Source of the DNA: an uncultured Candidatus Poseidoniales archaeon
GTDB taxonomy: Archaea > Thermoplasmatota > Poseidoniia > Poseidoniales > Thalassarchaeaceae
Direction of reading: 5' to 3'
NCBI GenBank assembly: GCA_964563355.1
Contig: CAZLVU010000002.1
Coordinates: 3,805 to 67,804, forward strand
DNA length: 64,000 bases
Shown here: positions 1 through 8,538 of the stretch, piece by piece
Numbering within the stretch: the stretch's first letter is position 1
Layout: every line of letters starts with the position of its first letter
Program-made: the position numbers and the translations under genes
The notes under the pieces: model-generated
Told to the model about the DNA's origin: nothing
Seen by the model: the letters and a program-made list of their open reading frames with translations, nothing else
Database searches by the model: none

Positions 1-597
1 CCCAAAGTGTAGCGTTCTGGCTGTGAAACCGGCGTTGCGTTGCAGAACATTGGTCGCCAATGCACCTACCAGAATAACCACGACTGCTACAGTAGCCAAA
101 GCCTTCCAGCGTTCTCCCAGTGAGGATAGTGTCGGAATTGTGATGACAAGCGAAGCAGCGTCCTCTGCAAACTCAGACGATTCCGGGGTTCCTGCTGTTT
201 TCTCAGACTGAATCTCCGGTTCCGTCTCTACCAGCTCTGCCTCGACCAATTCAGCCTCTATTGCCTCAGAACCCCGCCAATGGGGAGGCGTTTCCTCGTC
301 TTCGGGTTCCTCATCCAAAATCAGTGGCTCTGGAGTGCGATCGGTTTCCTTGGGAGTCGTTTCCACCGTGATTGTCTCGCTGGAGCCGAGATCATCGAGT
401 ATTCTGTCGACCAATTCCGATTTCCTACCTGAGACCAATAGTGACCTGTCCCTGCATATGGCCCTCAGGTCTGCAACTGTCTTCGATGACAGCGTGTCGC
501 GGTCCAGCGAATCATCGACGGGCATGCTAACAGGGTGCAGTCCCCTATGACGGCTTTCAACCCCTTCGGCGTTGCGGGCACGTAGGTTCTCACTCAT
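1..597 (-). CDS. SAP-domain membrane protein, partial (3' end lies beyond the window start)
   Basis: Absent from the ORF track because it runs off the edge. My reverse-strand translation from ATG 597-595 reads MSENLRARNAEGVESRHRGLHPVSMPVDDSLDRDTLSSKTVADLRAICRDRSLLVSGRKSELVDRILDD... and stays open to position 1. TVADLRAICRDRSLLVSGRKSELVDRIL fits the SAP helix-extended-helix motif. An acidic linker and a hydrophobic helix (ALATVAVVVILVGALATNVL) follow. Confidence 0.6.
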   Translation of the reverse strand, partial: MSENLRARNAEGVESRHRGLHPVSMPVDDSLDRDTLSSKTVADLRAICRDRSLLVSGRKSELVDRILDDLGSSETITVETTPKETDRTPEPLILDEEPEDEETPPHWRGSEAIEAELVEAELVETEPEIQSEKTAGTPESSEFAEDAASLVITIPTLSSLGERWKALATVAVVVILVGALATNVLQRNAGFTARTLHFG

Positions 598-656
598 GGA
601 TAACTTGCAATTCTCCGAACAAAGGGTTGAAGGGTGTCCCCTAGGCGGCGCAATTC

Positions 657-1610
657 ATGCAGCCAAGGCTCGTACTTCTGTCCAGAGGGCCCGAGCTGTA
701 CAGTACGAGGAGGCTTGCCACCGAGGCAGAGAAAGCCGGGTGGGAGGTTCGGATTATCGATCCCCTGGCGCTAAGCATAGTGGTTGATGAAAACGGGGGT
801 CGGATCTTCCACAAGGGGTGGCCAGTAGAGTGTGAAGCCGTCCTCCCTCGGATAGGATACTCGATTACTCGTAGAGGAGTCTCGATAGTTCGCCAGTTCG
901 AACGGGCTGGCGTGATAGTGTTGAACACTAGCAACGGCATCCTGAGGAGCCGTGACAAACTGGTTGCTTGTCAGATGATGTCAGAGAGAAGAGTGCCTGT
1001 CCCCATCACCGCTCACGTGGGTTCGTGGGAGGACACAGACAGGGCAGTAAATCGCGTTGGAGGTAGTCCATGCGTCGTCAAGTCCACAGAGGGGACCCAT
1101 GGATCTGGTGTTTACCTGGTGCACTCAAATCAACAAGCGAGGCAACTGGTCTACCAAATGCTGGAGAGGGGGATGAGGCCTCTTCTACAGGAGTACATCT
1201 CAGAGTCTCATGGCCAAGACATCAGGGCCTTCGTAGTTGGAGGAGAGGTGGTCGCTTCCATGCTTCGAAAGGCTCATGGCAGCGAATTCAGGTCAAACTT
1301 CCACTTGGGAGGTTCTGTGTCAAACGTGGAGCTCAGCGAGGACCAGTCGGAAATAGCAGTTAGAGCAGCTGAAACCCTGGGGCTGGACATTGCCGGAGTG
1401 GACATGCTTGATTCGAGCAGAGGCCCTCTGGTTCTAGAGGTCAACTCTAGCCCTGGTCTTGAGGGCATAGAGAAGGCTACGCGGGTGAATGTCGCTGGCA
1501 AGGTGGCCGAGCACCTGACCCGACTGAATAGAGCCATTGACCAATATTCGGGGTCCAGTAGCTCGGACCGTTTGGACAATGGCACCAGCCACGGATACAG
1601 AGCTTACTAG
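657..1610 (+). CDS. rimK: RimK-family ATP-grasp ligase (alpha-L-glutamate ligase / S6 modification-like)
   Basis: The 317-aa ORF is colinear with the RimK pattern. Matching segments include RLATEAEKAGWEVRIIDP, LPRIG, RDKLVACQMM, VVKSTEGTHGSGV, LLQEYI..S.GQDIRAFVVGG, SEFRSNFHLGG, DIAGVDML and LVLEVNSSPGLEGIE. Confidence 0.9.
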   Translation: MQPRLVLLSRGPELYSTRRLATEAEKAGWEVRIIDPLALSIVVDENGGRIFHKGWPVECEAVLPRIGYSITRRGVSIVRQFERAGVIVLNTSNGILRSRDKLVACQMMSERRVPVPITAHVGSWEDTDRAVNRVGGSPCVVKSTEGTHGSGVYLVHSNQQARQLVYQMLERGMRPLLQEYISESHGQDIRAFVVGGEVVASMLRKAHGSEFRSNFHLGGSVSNVELSEDQSEIAVRAAETLGLDIAGVDMLDSSRGPLVLEVNSSPGLEGIEKATRVNVAGKVAEHLTRLNRAIDQYSGSSSSDRLDNGTSHGYRAY

Positions 1611-1845
1611 ATCCGGCGATTAATTAGCCCCATACTAACACGGGCATCGAACATCTCGTTCTGAGAAGCATTCAAGTCACCTTACGTCTCCTTGGGGCCG
1701 TCCAACAGGACAGGGATGCACACGCCGTTCGCGGCGGGAGGCGAGTTGCTTGCAGCAAGAGGGTAGTGAAGGACGGTTCGATGGGTTTGAACCAGGTGGA
1801 CTGGGTCGTAGGTTCGATGCAGATGATATCGGTCTGGATGACTCG

Positions 1846-2859
1846 ATGCCCTCTAGGCTGCACAGGATCGCTGACCTAGCATGGCACGAATGCTGGATTC
1901 AACAGCTGCGTGCAGAAAAAAAGAGCGAGCACACCATCAGAGCCTACGAAGTAGCTGCCAAGTCATTTTCAGTTACAGCGCTCCCCAAGGAAACTCCAGC
2001 GGACTGGGAACAGGCTCGACAAATCCCAGTCAGAGAATTCCACCTGAGGTCCGATCCGAACAACGGAAGGATGGATGCATGGATGAACGGGCTCGGTAAT
2101 CTCAAACCTACCACGGTCAACGCGAAGGTAGCAGCCCTTGCTCATTTACTCAAGTGGCTGGGGCATACGGTTCCCGATTGGATTCAGCGTCCCTCAAAGA
2201 GTCGCTCACTCCCCAAAACCCTCGGGCGGAGGGAGCTCCGAAGGCTGTGGAAGGCTGCTCGTGAGTCTGAGGACCCGTTGGCATTGCCAATTTGCACGTT
2301 AATGCTGGAGACTGGCCTAAGGGTCTCAGAGCTATGCGGACTAGACGTCGATGACGTAGATACAGAGGATCTGTCGGCACTAGTCATAGGGGGCAAGGGA
2401 GAGAAGGACCGGACCGTGCTCTTCACGAAATCTACCGTTGAAGTGCTAGGAACCTGGTGGCCGATACGGGAGACGAGGCTCTCATTGGGCGAGGAAGGGC
2501 TTAGGGCCCTGTTCCTATCCAGCAGAGGAAGGAGGGTGAATCCGCGCTCAATTCAGAAGATGATGGACAGATTAGCAGATGCTGCAGACATCCCTCGGAG
2601 CAGGCTCAGTCCGCACACTCTCAGGCACACCTTCGCGACCGGGCTGCTGGAGAGGGGTGCGGACCTAATCACAATACAGCGTCTACTCGGTCACGCCAGC
2701 GTGGCTACAACTAGAATTTATCTGGAGATCGGCGACCAAACTCTGAGAGAGATCTACCACAGGGCCCAGAGGAGCCCTCCTCCGGAGGAGGGCTCTCTGG
2801 AGAAGGAAGTCGGGACCACTGCCGGAGCAGTCGAGATCCCTGCTAGGACTAGCGATTAA
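1846..2859 (+). CDS. Tyrosine recombinase, XerA/XerC/XerD-like
   Basis: There is an N-terminal SAM-like core-binding segment (SEHTIRAYEVAAKSF). The catalytic domain shows ETGLRVSELCGLDV, GKGEKDRTV and LSPHTLRHTFATGLLERGADLITIQRLLGHASVATTRIYLE, i.e. the R..HxxR..Y signature. The track ORF starts at TTG 1750. I prefer the in-frame ATG at 1846 (MPSRLHRIADLAWHEC...), but the start is uncertain. Confidence 0.85.
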   Translation: MPSRLHRIADLAWHECWIQQLRAEKKSEHTIRAYEVAAKSFSVTALPKETPADWEQARQIPVREFHLRSDPNNGRMDAWMNGLGNLKPTTVNAKVAALAHLLKWLGHTVPDWIQRPSKSRSLPKTLGRRELRRLWKAARESEDPLALPICTLMLETGLRVSELCGLDVDDVDTEDLSALVIGGKGEKDRTVLFTKSTVEVLGTWWPIRETRLSLGEEGLRALFLSSRGRRVNPRSIQKMMDRLADAADIPRSRLSPHTLRHTFATGLLERGADLITIQRLLGHASVATTRIYLEIGDQTLREIYHRAQRSPPPEEGSLEKEVGTTAGAVEIPARTSD

Positions 2860-3054
2860 TCATCTCTTGGACGGGTTCTTCTTACTGGCTCTCTTGTCTA
2901 CAGACTCAGGGCCCTTCCACTCCCTTTTCGCATCCTCCACATATCCAGGATGTCCGGGGATCGGACAGTGCTTACCTGCCCTGCACCTGCTGCAGTTGTC
3001 AGGAGGGGGCTTCTCCACAATTTTTTGCAGGCGGCCGTACTTCCTGCGTGGCAC
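2860..3054 (-). CDS. Small basic Cys/His-containing protein (hypothetical, possible zinc knuckle)
   Basis: The 64-aa ORF reads MPRRKYGRLQKIVEKPPPDNCSRCRAGKHCPIPGHPGYVEDAKREWKGPESVDKRASKKNPSKR. It has GC3-rich codon usage like its neighbours. It fits exactly between the xer stop and the divergent 3125 gene. It contains a C-x2-C-x5-C-x4-H spacing. I do not recognise the family. Confidence 0.5.
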   Translation of the reverse strand: MPRRKYGRLQKIVEKPPPDNCSRCRAGKHCPIPGHPGYVEDAKREWKGPESVDKRASKKNPSKR

Positions 3055-3124
3055 GAAAGCTGGTCAGAGTCGGTGGACTTAGGCATTCCCCACCACGCGC
3101 AACGTTCAATCACACGAGCTGGGG

Positions 3125-3886
3125 TTGCAATGCATGAGCGGTGTCCTAGGGGGAAACAGCGGGCCCTTGGGTCTCGACCCTGAACGTTCAGTTTTATTCG
3201 CCCAAGTAATGGACGCGGAGCCTCAGATGTCCTTCGATGAAGGAGGGGTTCTGATACAGAAAGGAACGAAGGGAGAAATTGGTAAGGTATTCCTCGGAGA
3301 CGTAGCAAAGGCAACTCTGAGAGCCATCGGGACCCATGATCCACCTAGGTTCACACAGGAGCCGGTCTACGATGAGCAGCGTTGGGAGCTAGAGTGCCTC
3401 TCTGATGAGCTCCAAGTGAGGATTGGCAGTCGTCACTACTGGGGCTTCGGGCTCCTGGCTAGATGCTTCCTCAACGAGATAGTGATTGAGGGACCTTTGA
3501 GCAGCCGATCGAGATGCGTGCTAGATTTGGTGGCATCCCTGGGGAGGAACCCCTGGGAGCCTACCCGAGTGAGGGCATTCGAGAAGGCGACTTCGGCGGG
3601 GATGGGTGCTCATCGTTCTAGCTGGGAGGGACTTGTGTCACTAGCCAAGGAGGGCTTCAGTGAGGAAATCACCCTTCTGCAGGACTCCCTTCACCGTCTC
3701 AGAGGGGTTGGCGATGATTCGGATGGGCTTTTGGACTCTGCTCAGGAGGCGTTGGACAGAGCTATGGAGGCGCTCTCCGACAAGAACGCACCAGCCGTTG
3801 AGCGGGCCCTCAGCAGGGCTTCGAGCGCAATCATCCAGGCAGACCCGAACACAGAAGTTAGCATCGCTGACCTAGACGAACTGTGA
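3125..3886 (+). CDS. Hypothetical protein
   Basis: This is a 253-aa ORF with no competing ORF of similar quality. I recognise no motifs. The C-terminal part is helix-rich (DSAQEALDRAMEALSDKNAPAVERALSRASSAI). The start could instead be the internal Met at about 3209. Confidence 0.6.
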   Translation: MQCMSGVLGGNSGPLGLDPERSVLFAQVMDAEPQMSFDEGGVLIQKGTKGEIGKVFLGDVAKATLRAIGTHDPPRFTQEPVYDEQRWELECLSDELQVRIGSRHYWGFGLLARCFLNEIVIEGPLSSRSRCVLDLVASLGRNPWEPTRVRAFEKATSAGMGAHRSSWEGLVSLAKEGFSEEITLLQDSLHRLRGVGDDSDGLLDSAQEALDRAMEALSDKNAPAVERALSRASSAIIQADPNTEVSIADLDEL

Positions 3887-3888
3887 GA

Positions 3889-4077
3889 CTAGAGCCCCAG
3901 CGTCCCCCACATCCACGACCAGACACCATGCTGAGCCAGGTAGACTACCACGCTAAATGAGATGCAGGCGAAATATATGGTTCCCTTTGAGATCTGAATG
4001 GCATCCTCGGACTCCTCGTCGAAGTACCTAATCAGGCCAGCTGCCTGCTGAATGCCACTGCCCTTCTCCTTGGCCAT
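3889..4077 (-). CDS. secG: Preprotein translocase subunit Sec61-beta (archaeal SecG)
   Basis: The 62-aa ORF reads MAKEKGSGIQQAAGLIRYFDEESEDAIQISKGTIYFACISFSVVVYLA... The AGL(I/M)RYFDE motif followed by a single C-terminal TM helix is the archaeal Sec61-beta signature. Confidence 0.85.
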   Translation of the reverse strand: MAKEKGSGIQQAAGLIRYFDEESEDAIQISKGTIYFACISFSVVVYLAQHGVWSWMWGTLGL

Positions 4078-4138
4078 CGCAGCACCGCACCCACAGTCCC
4101 TATTTCAACTCCTCTGGATTGGTCGGAATTACACAGCA

Positions 4139-4507
4139 CTAGGGTTCCAGTGTCTCAATGAGGACGCATCCCCCATCGAGTTCCACTATCATTGAAGCTG
4201 CTCCCATAGCAGTTTCCAAGCCTTCGGTCATCAATATCTCCCTGCGCATCCCACCTGTGGACTGGAAGACGAGCCTGTGGCTCAGCTTTTCCAGTACGTC
4301 CCGGTCAACCACCTGCCAAGTCCATTGGTTCTGGGAAACCGTCATCAGTGCCTCGATGGGTACCGGAGGACCTTGTGCAGCGCCGGATTCCTGCGCTCTC
4401 TTCAATAGGTCGCTAAGCTTCAGCTTGGCTCCGATCTCATCGGTATTTGTTGGCTCGGCAGACTTGTCGGAAATTCTTCTTCTGTATCTAAAATAGCTCA
4501 TGTGCAT
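4139..4507 (-). CDS. Hypothetical protein
   Basis: The ORF is 122-126 aa. The track start is TTG 4519, with in-frame ATGs at 4507 and 4501. I recognise no family. It lies divergent to the 4658 gene across a 138-150 bp spacer. Confidence 0.5.
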   Translation of the reverse strand: MHMSYFRYRRRISDKSAEPTNTDEIGAKLKLSDLLKRAQESGAAQGPPVPIEALMTVSQNQWTWQVVDRDVLEKLSHRLVFQSTGGMRREILMTEGLETAMGAASMIVELDGGCVLIETLEP

Positions 4508-4657
4508 CCCCTGCGGCAAATGCCGCGCGTCGCCAGCTAATCGTGGGGGGTATAACCGTTATTGACCGGGGGAGGGCAGTGATGGGGAATTTTCAGGGGT
4601 TATGAGATTGCCATTTCCCTGCGAGCAATTGATGACTCGGTTTGTTGTCGCTTAGTC

Positions 4658-6301
4658 ATGGCGAATCGGGAGGAAGATTGGAGGTCTTCAGCTGAGAGCA
4701 GCGTTCTTCTCGAGGCTGTGTCTCACTGGAGGGAGGCCTCAGAGGAGTGGTTCCGAGGATCCTACCACAGGCTTCCGGAAACAGTCAGAGTCAATCCGCT
4801 GAATAGCCAAATGGAGTGGGTTGAGTCGTGGCTAAATGAAATTTCCTCGAAACCTCTGAAATGGTTCCCCGGCCCGGGCAGCGCTTGGGAGCTACCATTC
4901 GATAGGGGCGGCGCCGAGGGAGAGGTCAGAGCCGTTCTCAACGCGCTGCACGACACTGGTAGGCTGACTAGACAGGAGGCGGTCTCAATGCTGCCCGTCT
5001 TGGCACTTGACCCCAAGCCGGGAGAGGTTATTCTCGACATGTGCGCTTCCCCGGGATCCAAGACGACCCAGATCTGTGAGCATCTGGGAAACAGTGGGGT
5101 CGTCATTGCTAACGAGGTAATCAGCGGTCGTGTTAACACCCTAGTTTCCAACGTGCAAAGGCATGCTTCTCGTACCACACTTGTTGTGCATCATGATGGG
5201 CGGCACCTCCCGAAAGTTCCTGAAATAGGATTCGACCGGGTTCTGGTCGATGTTCCATGCACCGGTTCTGGGACTACGAGGAAGAACCCGGATGTCTGGG
5301 CCAAGTGGCTGCCCTCCTCTGGTCGGTCTCTGCACGTCCTTCAGTCCGACCTCCTTGCAAGGGCCATACGTGTAACTAAGCCAGGAGGCAGGATTGTGTA
5401 TGCAACTTGCTCCCTAGATCCGGTGGAGAACGAGGCTGTGGTTGCAGGGGCTATCGCTCGGGGGGGCGTTTCGGTAGTCTCAGGACACGAGCTCCTTGAG
5501 GGGGTGCCGACCTCACCTGGTCTGACGGAATGGCCCGCTCTTGACGAAGAGGGGCGTCCCTCCGAAGACATTGCGATCCCGGATAGAATGAGGGGGCCGT
5601 CTGACCGATCTCTGTCCGCGGCGCTTGGCGATTGCGTGCGTGTCTGGAACGACTCGATGGGGGGAGGTGGTTTCTTCCTCTCGGTTCTGGAGAAATCCCC
5701 TGAACCCCAAGACCCAGAATCCCACCCAGCTAGGGTTGGAGATGTCAGCAAGAATAAACCGGACCCCGAGGAGTTCCCGAAACCGATTGGCAAGGAATGG
5801 ACGGAGAAGCTCGAGGCGGTTTGGGGAGGCGTTCCCTCCAGCATGTGGGTCAGGGGAAAGAGCCTCCTCTGGTCTACCGAGGAGGCGATTTCTATTTGGG
5901 AATCGGAACGCAGTCGACGTGGGGGCAGGGTGAGGGTTCCCGGTGGGCGTTGGTACCCCCTGAAAGTCATCCACTTGGGGCTCATCGCAGCTAGAATTAG
6001 GAAGGGGGAGCTTGAACGAGTGGTGTCTCGTGCGGCACCACTCCTCTTTGATGAAATAGATGGGCCTTTCATCGATGTGAAGGGCTCCCTGTTAGACCGG
6101 ATTCTCCTGAATGAGGAGGTCCGTCCGGAGGAAAGTGAGTCGGCGTTTGCAGGAATCCGAGGCAGTAGGGTTCTGGTAGACAGTGGGGGCACCTGCCTCC
6201 CTGTTTGGATAGGGGGGCGAGTGACCCCCATGGTGAACGAGGCTGAGATGAGGGTACTCAGGGCAATGCGGGATTTGCCAATCGTATTGGAAGATGGGTG
6301 A
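4658..6301 (+). CDS. NOL1/NOP2/Sun-family RNA (cytosine-C5) methyltransferase
   Basis: The SAM motif is ILDMCASPGSKTTQI. The catalytic Cys motifs are VLVDVPCTGSGTTRKNPD and GGRIVYATCSLDPVENEAVV. A C-terminal extension of about 200 aa has no family I recognise. Confidence 0.9.
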   Translation: MANREEDWRSSAESSVLLEAVSHWREASEEWFRGSYHRLPETVRVNPLNSQMEWVESWLNEISSKPLKWFPGPGSAWELPFDRGGAEGEVRAVLNALHDTGRLTRQEAVSMLPVLALDPKPGEVILDMCASPGSKTTQICEHLGNSGVVIANEVISGRVNTLVSNVQRHASRTTLVVHHDGRHLPKVPEIGFDRVLVDVPCTGSGTTRKNPDVWAKWLPSSGRSLHVLQSDLLARAIRVTKPGGRIVYATCSLDPVENEAVVAGAIARGGVSVVSGHELLEGVPTSPGLTEWPALDEEGRPSEDIAIPDRMRGPSDRSLSAALGDCVRVWNDSMGGGGFFLSVLEKSPEPQDPESHPARVGDVSKNKPDPEEFPKPIGKEWTEKLEAVWGGVPSSMWVRGKSLLWSTEEAISIWESERSRRGGRVRVPGGRWYPLKVIHLGLIAARIRKGELERVVSRAAPLLFDEIDGPFIDVKGSLLDRILLNEEVRPEESESAFAGIRGSRVLVDSGGTCLPVWIGGRVTPMVNEAEMRVLRAMRDLPIVLEDG

Positions 6302-6848
6302 AAAAAAACGGAGTTTTCTGAGCGTTCGACCAAGCGTTGGCGCTTTTGTCTGGCATATGTTCAAGAGCCGTGCCAGTGAACAAGCCAATCTCGGTGATTG
6401 TGTGGACGATGTGGACCGGCGTATCCTGAGAGTTCTCGAAGGCGATGCGAGGACCTCCCTCAGAGGGATTGCTGAGGAGGTCGGGGTTGCCCTGGGAACT
6501 GTAAGCAACCGCGTCAGGAGGATGGAGGGGCTCGGAGTAATACGCGGCTACACGGTGCTACTGGACCCGGACAAGTCCGGTTGGGGCCTGAGCGTGGTCA
6601 TAGGGCTAAGGATTCAGAAAGGAAGGCTCATGGAGATACAAAGGGAGATTGCGGTTGACCATCGAGTTTACGGGGTCTACGACGTCACTGGGGACTACGA
6701 CTCCATGGTGCTCGCCAGGGCCCGGGACCGGGACGACCTCGATGACCTCTCGAAGAGCGTGATGAGCATGGGGGGCATAGAACGCTCCGTCACCCACTTG
6801 GTCCTCAACACCGTGAAGGAGATGCCTCCGTCGATCCCAGAGGATTAG
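6294..6848 (+). CDS. Lrp/AsnC-family transcriptional regulator
   Basis: The HTH segment is DDVDRRILRVLEGDARTSLRGIAEEVGVALGTVSNRVRRMEGLGVIRGY. It is followed by a RAM/ACT-like domain (VIGLRIQKG...VYDVTGDYDSMVLARARDRDDL). ATG 6294 overlaps the upstream stop by 8 nt. ATG 6357 is an alternative start. Confidence 0.85.
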   Translation: MGEKKRSFLSVRPSVGAFVWHMFKSRASEQANLGDCVDDVDRRILRVLEGDARTSLRGIAEEVGVALGTVSNRVRRMEGLGVIRGYTVLLDPDKSGWGLSVVIGLRIQKGRLMEIQREIAVDHRVYGVYDVTGDYDSMVLARARDRDDLDDLSKSVMSMGGIERSVTHLVLNTVKEMPPSIPED

Positions 6849-7373
6849 TCAAACGAGATTAGAAAGTATGCTCTGGACGATCGGACCCAGATGAGTAGAA
6901 TGGGGCAGGAGCGACTCGACCGTGCGTCCCTCTGGCTTCATGGCCTTGAGAAGAACCATCCTGAGTTCCTCGTCTACGGGCATGTCGAATGCCATCAGTC
7001 GTTCCCTCAGAGAAGTCTGCAGCCTGCCACCAGTGCGGTCCCAATCCATCAGGAGGATCAGTGGGGGGCCCCCATCAGTAGGCGTTGGGAAGCAGTACTC
7101 ACTATGCAGGAAAGCGACTAGTCGGGATCTGTCCCACCCCCTGTTAATCCTCTCCACGATACCAGTGAACCCCAGTGCCCTGAGTGCTCTCTCGTCTTTG
7201 ATCCCCTCCACTACAACTGGGCACCCCAAGCCTCCCTCATCCTCGGGCATGTTCCGAAGTATGGCCTTTGCCAACGCCTTAGCAGCCAATTCGAAGCGCA
7301 CGGCTCGGTCCGGCGGTCCCGCTTCCTTCGCTCGCTGACCGATCCAATCAGGCAGTTCCTCGCGCTTGGACAA
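6849..7373 (-). CDS. Toprim-domain protein (UPF0292 / small primase-like)
   Basis: The conserved Glu is in VVVEGIKDERALRALGF and the DxD motif is in LILLMDWDRTGGRL. Both are typical of a Toprim fold. The protein is 174 aa. Confidence 0.7.
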   Translation of the reverse strand: MSKREELPDWIGQRAKEAGPPDRAVRFELAAKALAKAILRNMPEDEGGLGCPVVVEGIKDERALRALGFTGIVERINRGWDRSRLVAFLHSEYCFPTPTDGGPPLILLMDWDRTGGRLQTSLRERLMAFDMPVDEELRMVLLKAMKPEGRTVESLLPHSTHLGPIVQSILSNLV

Positions 7374-7374
7374 G

Positions 7375-7722
7375 TCAATACCCCAACGAAGACTTCGCCT
7401 CTGCGATTGAAATTGATTCCACCCTCACGGTCTTTCGCCTGCTACCGGCTCCTCTCAGCAGAGAGAGCCTCGATCGCTCGACGCCCAGGACCTCGGAGAG
7501 GAGCTTCAAAAGTTCGGAGTTTGCCGAACCATCCACGGGGGGGGCCTTGACACGAATCCGGAGACGTCCTCGCCATGGTTCGGTTCCAACAATTCCAGAA
7601 CGTTGTGCTGCAGGCTTCAAATCTACTAGAATCAAGACCCCTGCTCCATCTTCCGATATCCAGTCACCAGACATTCTCAGAGGTAAAAAAGAGGCAGGTG
7701 CTTGTAGTAGTTTTTCATTCAA
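7375..7722 (-). CDS. DUF167 / YggU-family protein (UPF0235)
   Basis: LRIRVKAPPVDGSANSELLKLLSEVLGVERSRLSLLRGAGSRRKTVRV matches the YggU-family core as I remember it. There is a 1-nt gap to the downstream Toprim gene. Confidence 0.75.
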   Translation of the reverse strand: MNEKLLQAPASFLPLRMSGDWISEDGAGVLILVDLKPAAQRSGIVGTEPWRGRLRIRVKAPPVDGSANSELLKLLSEVLGVERSRLSLLRGAGSRRKTVRVESISIAEAKSSLGY

Positions 7723-7797
7723 TGTTGTGCTCTGTTTCAGATGGTTGGCCCGCGACCCTTATGAGGGGATTTTGTCCCCATCAGAACGGAGAGTTGC

Positions 7798-8529
7798 ATG
7801 TTTCTGGTCACCGAACTCTTCGATAACCTCTGGGACCATTACATTCTGTGGTCAATTTTAGTAGGAGCGATCGCTTTCGGATGGCTCTACCACCATTCTT
7901 TCTGGTTCATATCCAATGATAGCGAAGTCCCTCCAAACGTGGACGGTCTGGAGATCGGCGTGTTCCCCATTCACAACGATGACATGCGGTTGGAAGTTAC
8001 CTGGACCGTGCTCCCATTCATCTTGATTATCTGGCTAACGTACGTTTCATGGGCCCCCATGGACAACATGTGGGCCCCATTGGACGACGATGCCTTCCAC
8101 GGGTGGGAGTGCGATTACGACTCCCCTGCCTACTCGGGCTCGAACAACGTCGAAGATTCCCTAGGATTGGTTACTTCCGACTGCTACCATGTCATCGAGA
8201 TCACGGGTCAGCAGTGGTTCTGGTCCTTCGACTGCCTAGAGCTCGATGAGTATCTGTGCGATACAGGGACGCAAACAGTTGAGGTCTACGGTAGCGTCCC
8301 GGTTCTGAGCCTGAAAGAGGGGGAAACTTACCTGGCTGTTATGGAATCAGAGGACGTTACTCATGCGCCGTGGTTCCTAGGACTAGCCACCAAGGAAGAC
8401 GTTCTTCAGGGCCAGCAGACTTTCCTCTGGCTCCCGGTCATTGAGTCAGGGGAGTCGATGATGCTATGCGCTGAGTACTGCGGGGATGCGCATTCAGTGA
8501 TGTCGGCAGTTTTGTCAGTACACAAGTGA
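7798..8529 (+). CDS. coxB: Cytochrome c oxidase subunit II
   Basis: It has two N-terminal TM helices, the segments GQQWFWSF and DVTHAPW, and the CuA centre motif CAEYCGDAHSVM. Confidence 0.9.
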   Translation: MFLVTELFDNLWDHYILWSILVGAIAFGWLYHHSFWFISNDSEVPPNVDGLEIGVFPIHNDDMRLEVTWTVLPFILIIWLTYVSWAPMDNMWAPLDDDAFHGWECDYDSPAYSGSNNVEDSLGLVTSDCYHVIEITGQQWFWSFDCLELDEYLCDTGTQTVEVYGSVPVLSLKEGETYLAVMESEDVTHAPWFLGLATKEDVLQGQQTFLWLPVIESGESMMLCAEYCGDAHSVMSAVLSVHK

Positions 8530-8538
8530 GTTGAGACG

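Noticed and set aside
1771-1820. GGTTCGAT strings (twice) that resemble tRNA T-loops, in the rimK-xer spacer
   Set aside because: I could not build T-stems, an acceptor stem or an anticodon arm around either copy. The region may simply be the 5' part of the xer ORF if that gene starts at TTG 1750.
1846-2859. Considered the tyrosine recombinase as a marker of an integrated mobile element or provirus
   Set aside because: There is no adjacent tRNA or att-like direct repeat that I could see, and no capsid, terminase or replication genes nearby. Neighbours are housekeeping genes (rimK, Sec61-beta, RNA methylase). This is most simply the chromosomal XerA-type dimer-resolution recombinase.
2898-3344. 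A 148-aa minus-strand ORF
   Set aside because: It overlaps both the better-supported 64-aa ORF and the 5' end of the 3125 gene. It has Arg/Ser/Pro/Leu-rich composition and no motifs.
5341-6333. A 330-aa minus-strand ORF, with further overlapping ORFs at 5513-5974 and 4762-5178
   Set aside because: It is entirely antisense to the well-supported NOL1/NOP2/Sun methyltransferase gene. The product is Ser/Arg/Pro-rich low-complexity sequence, typical of the shadow frame of a GC-rich gene.
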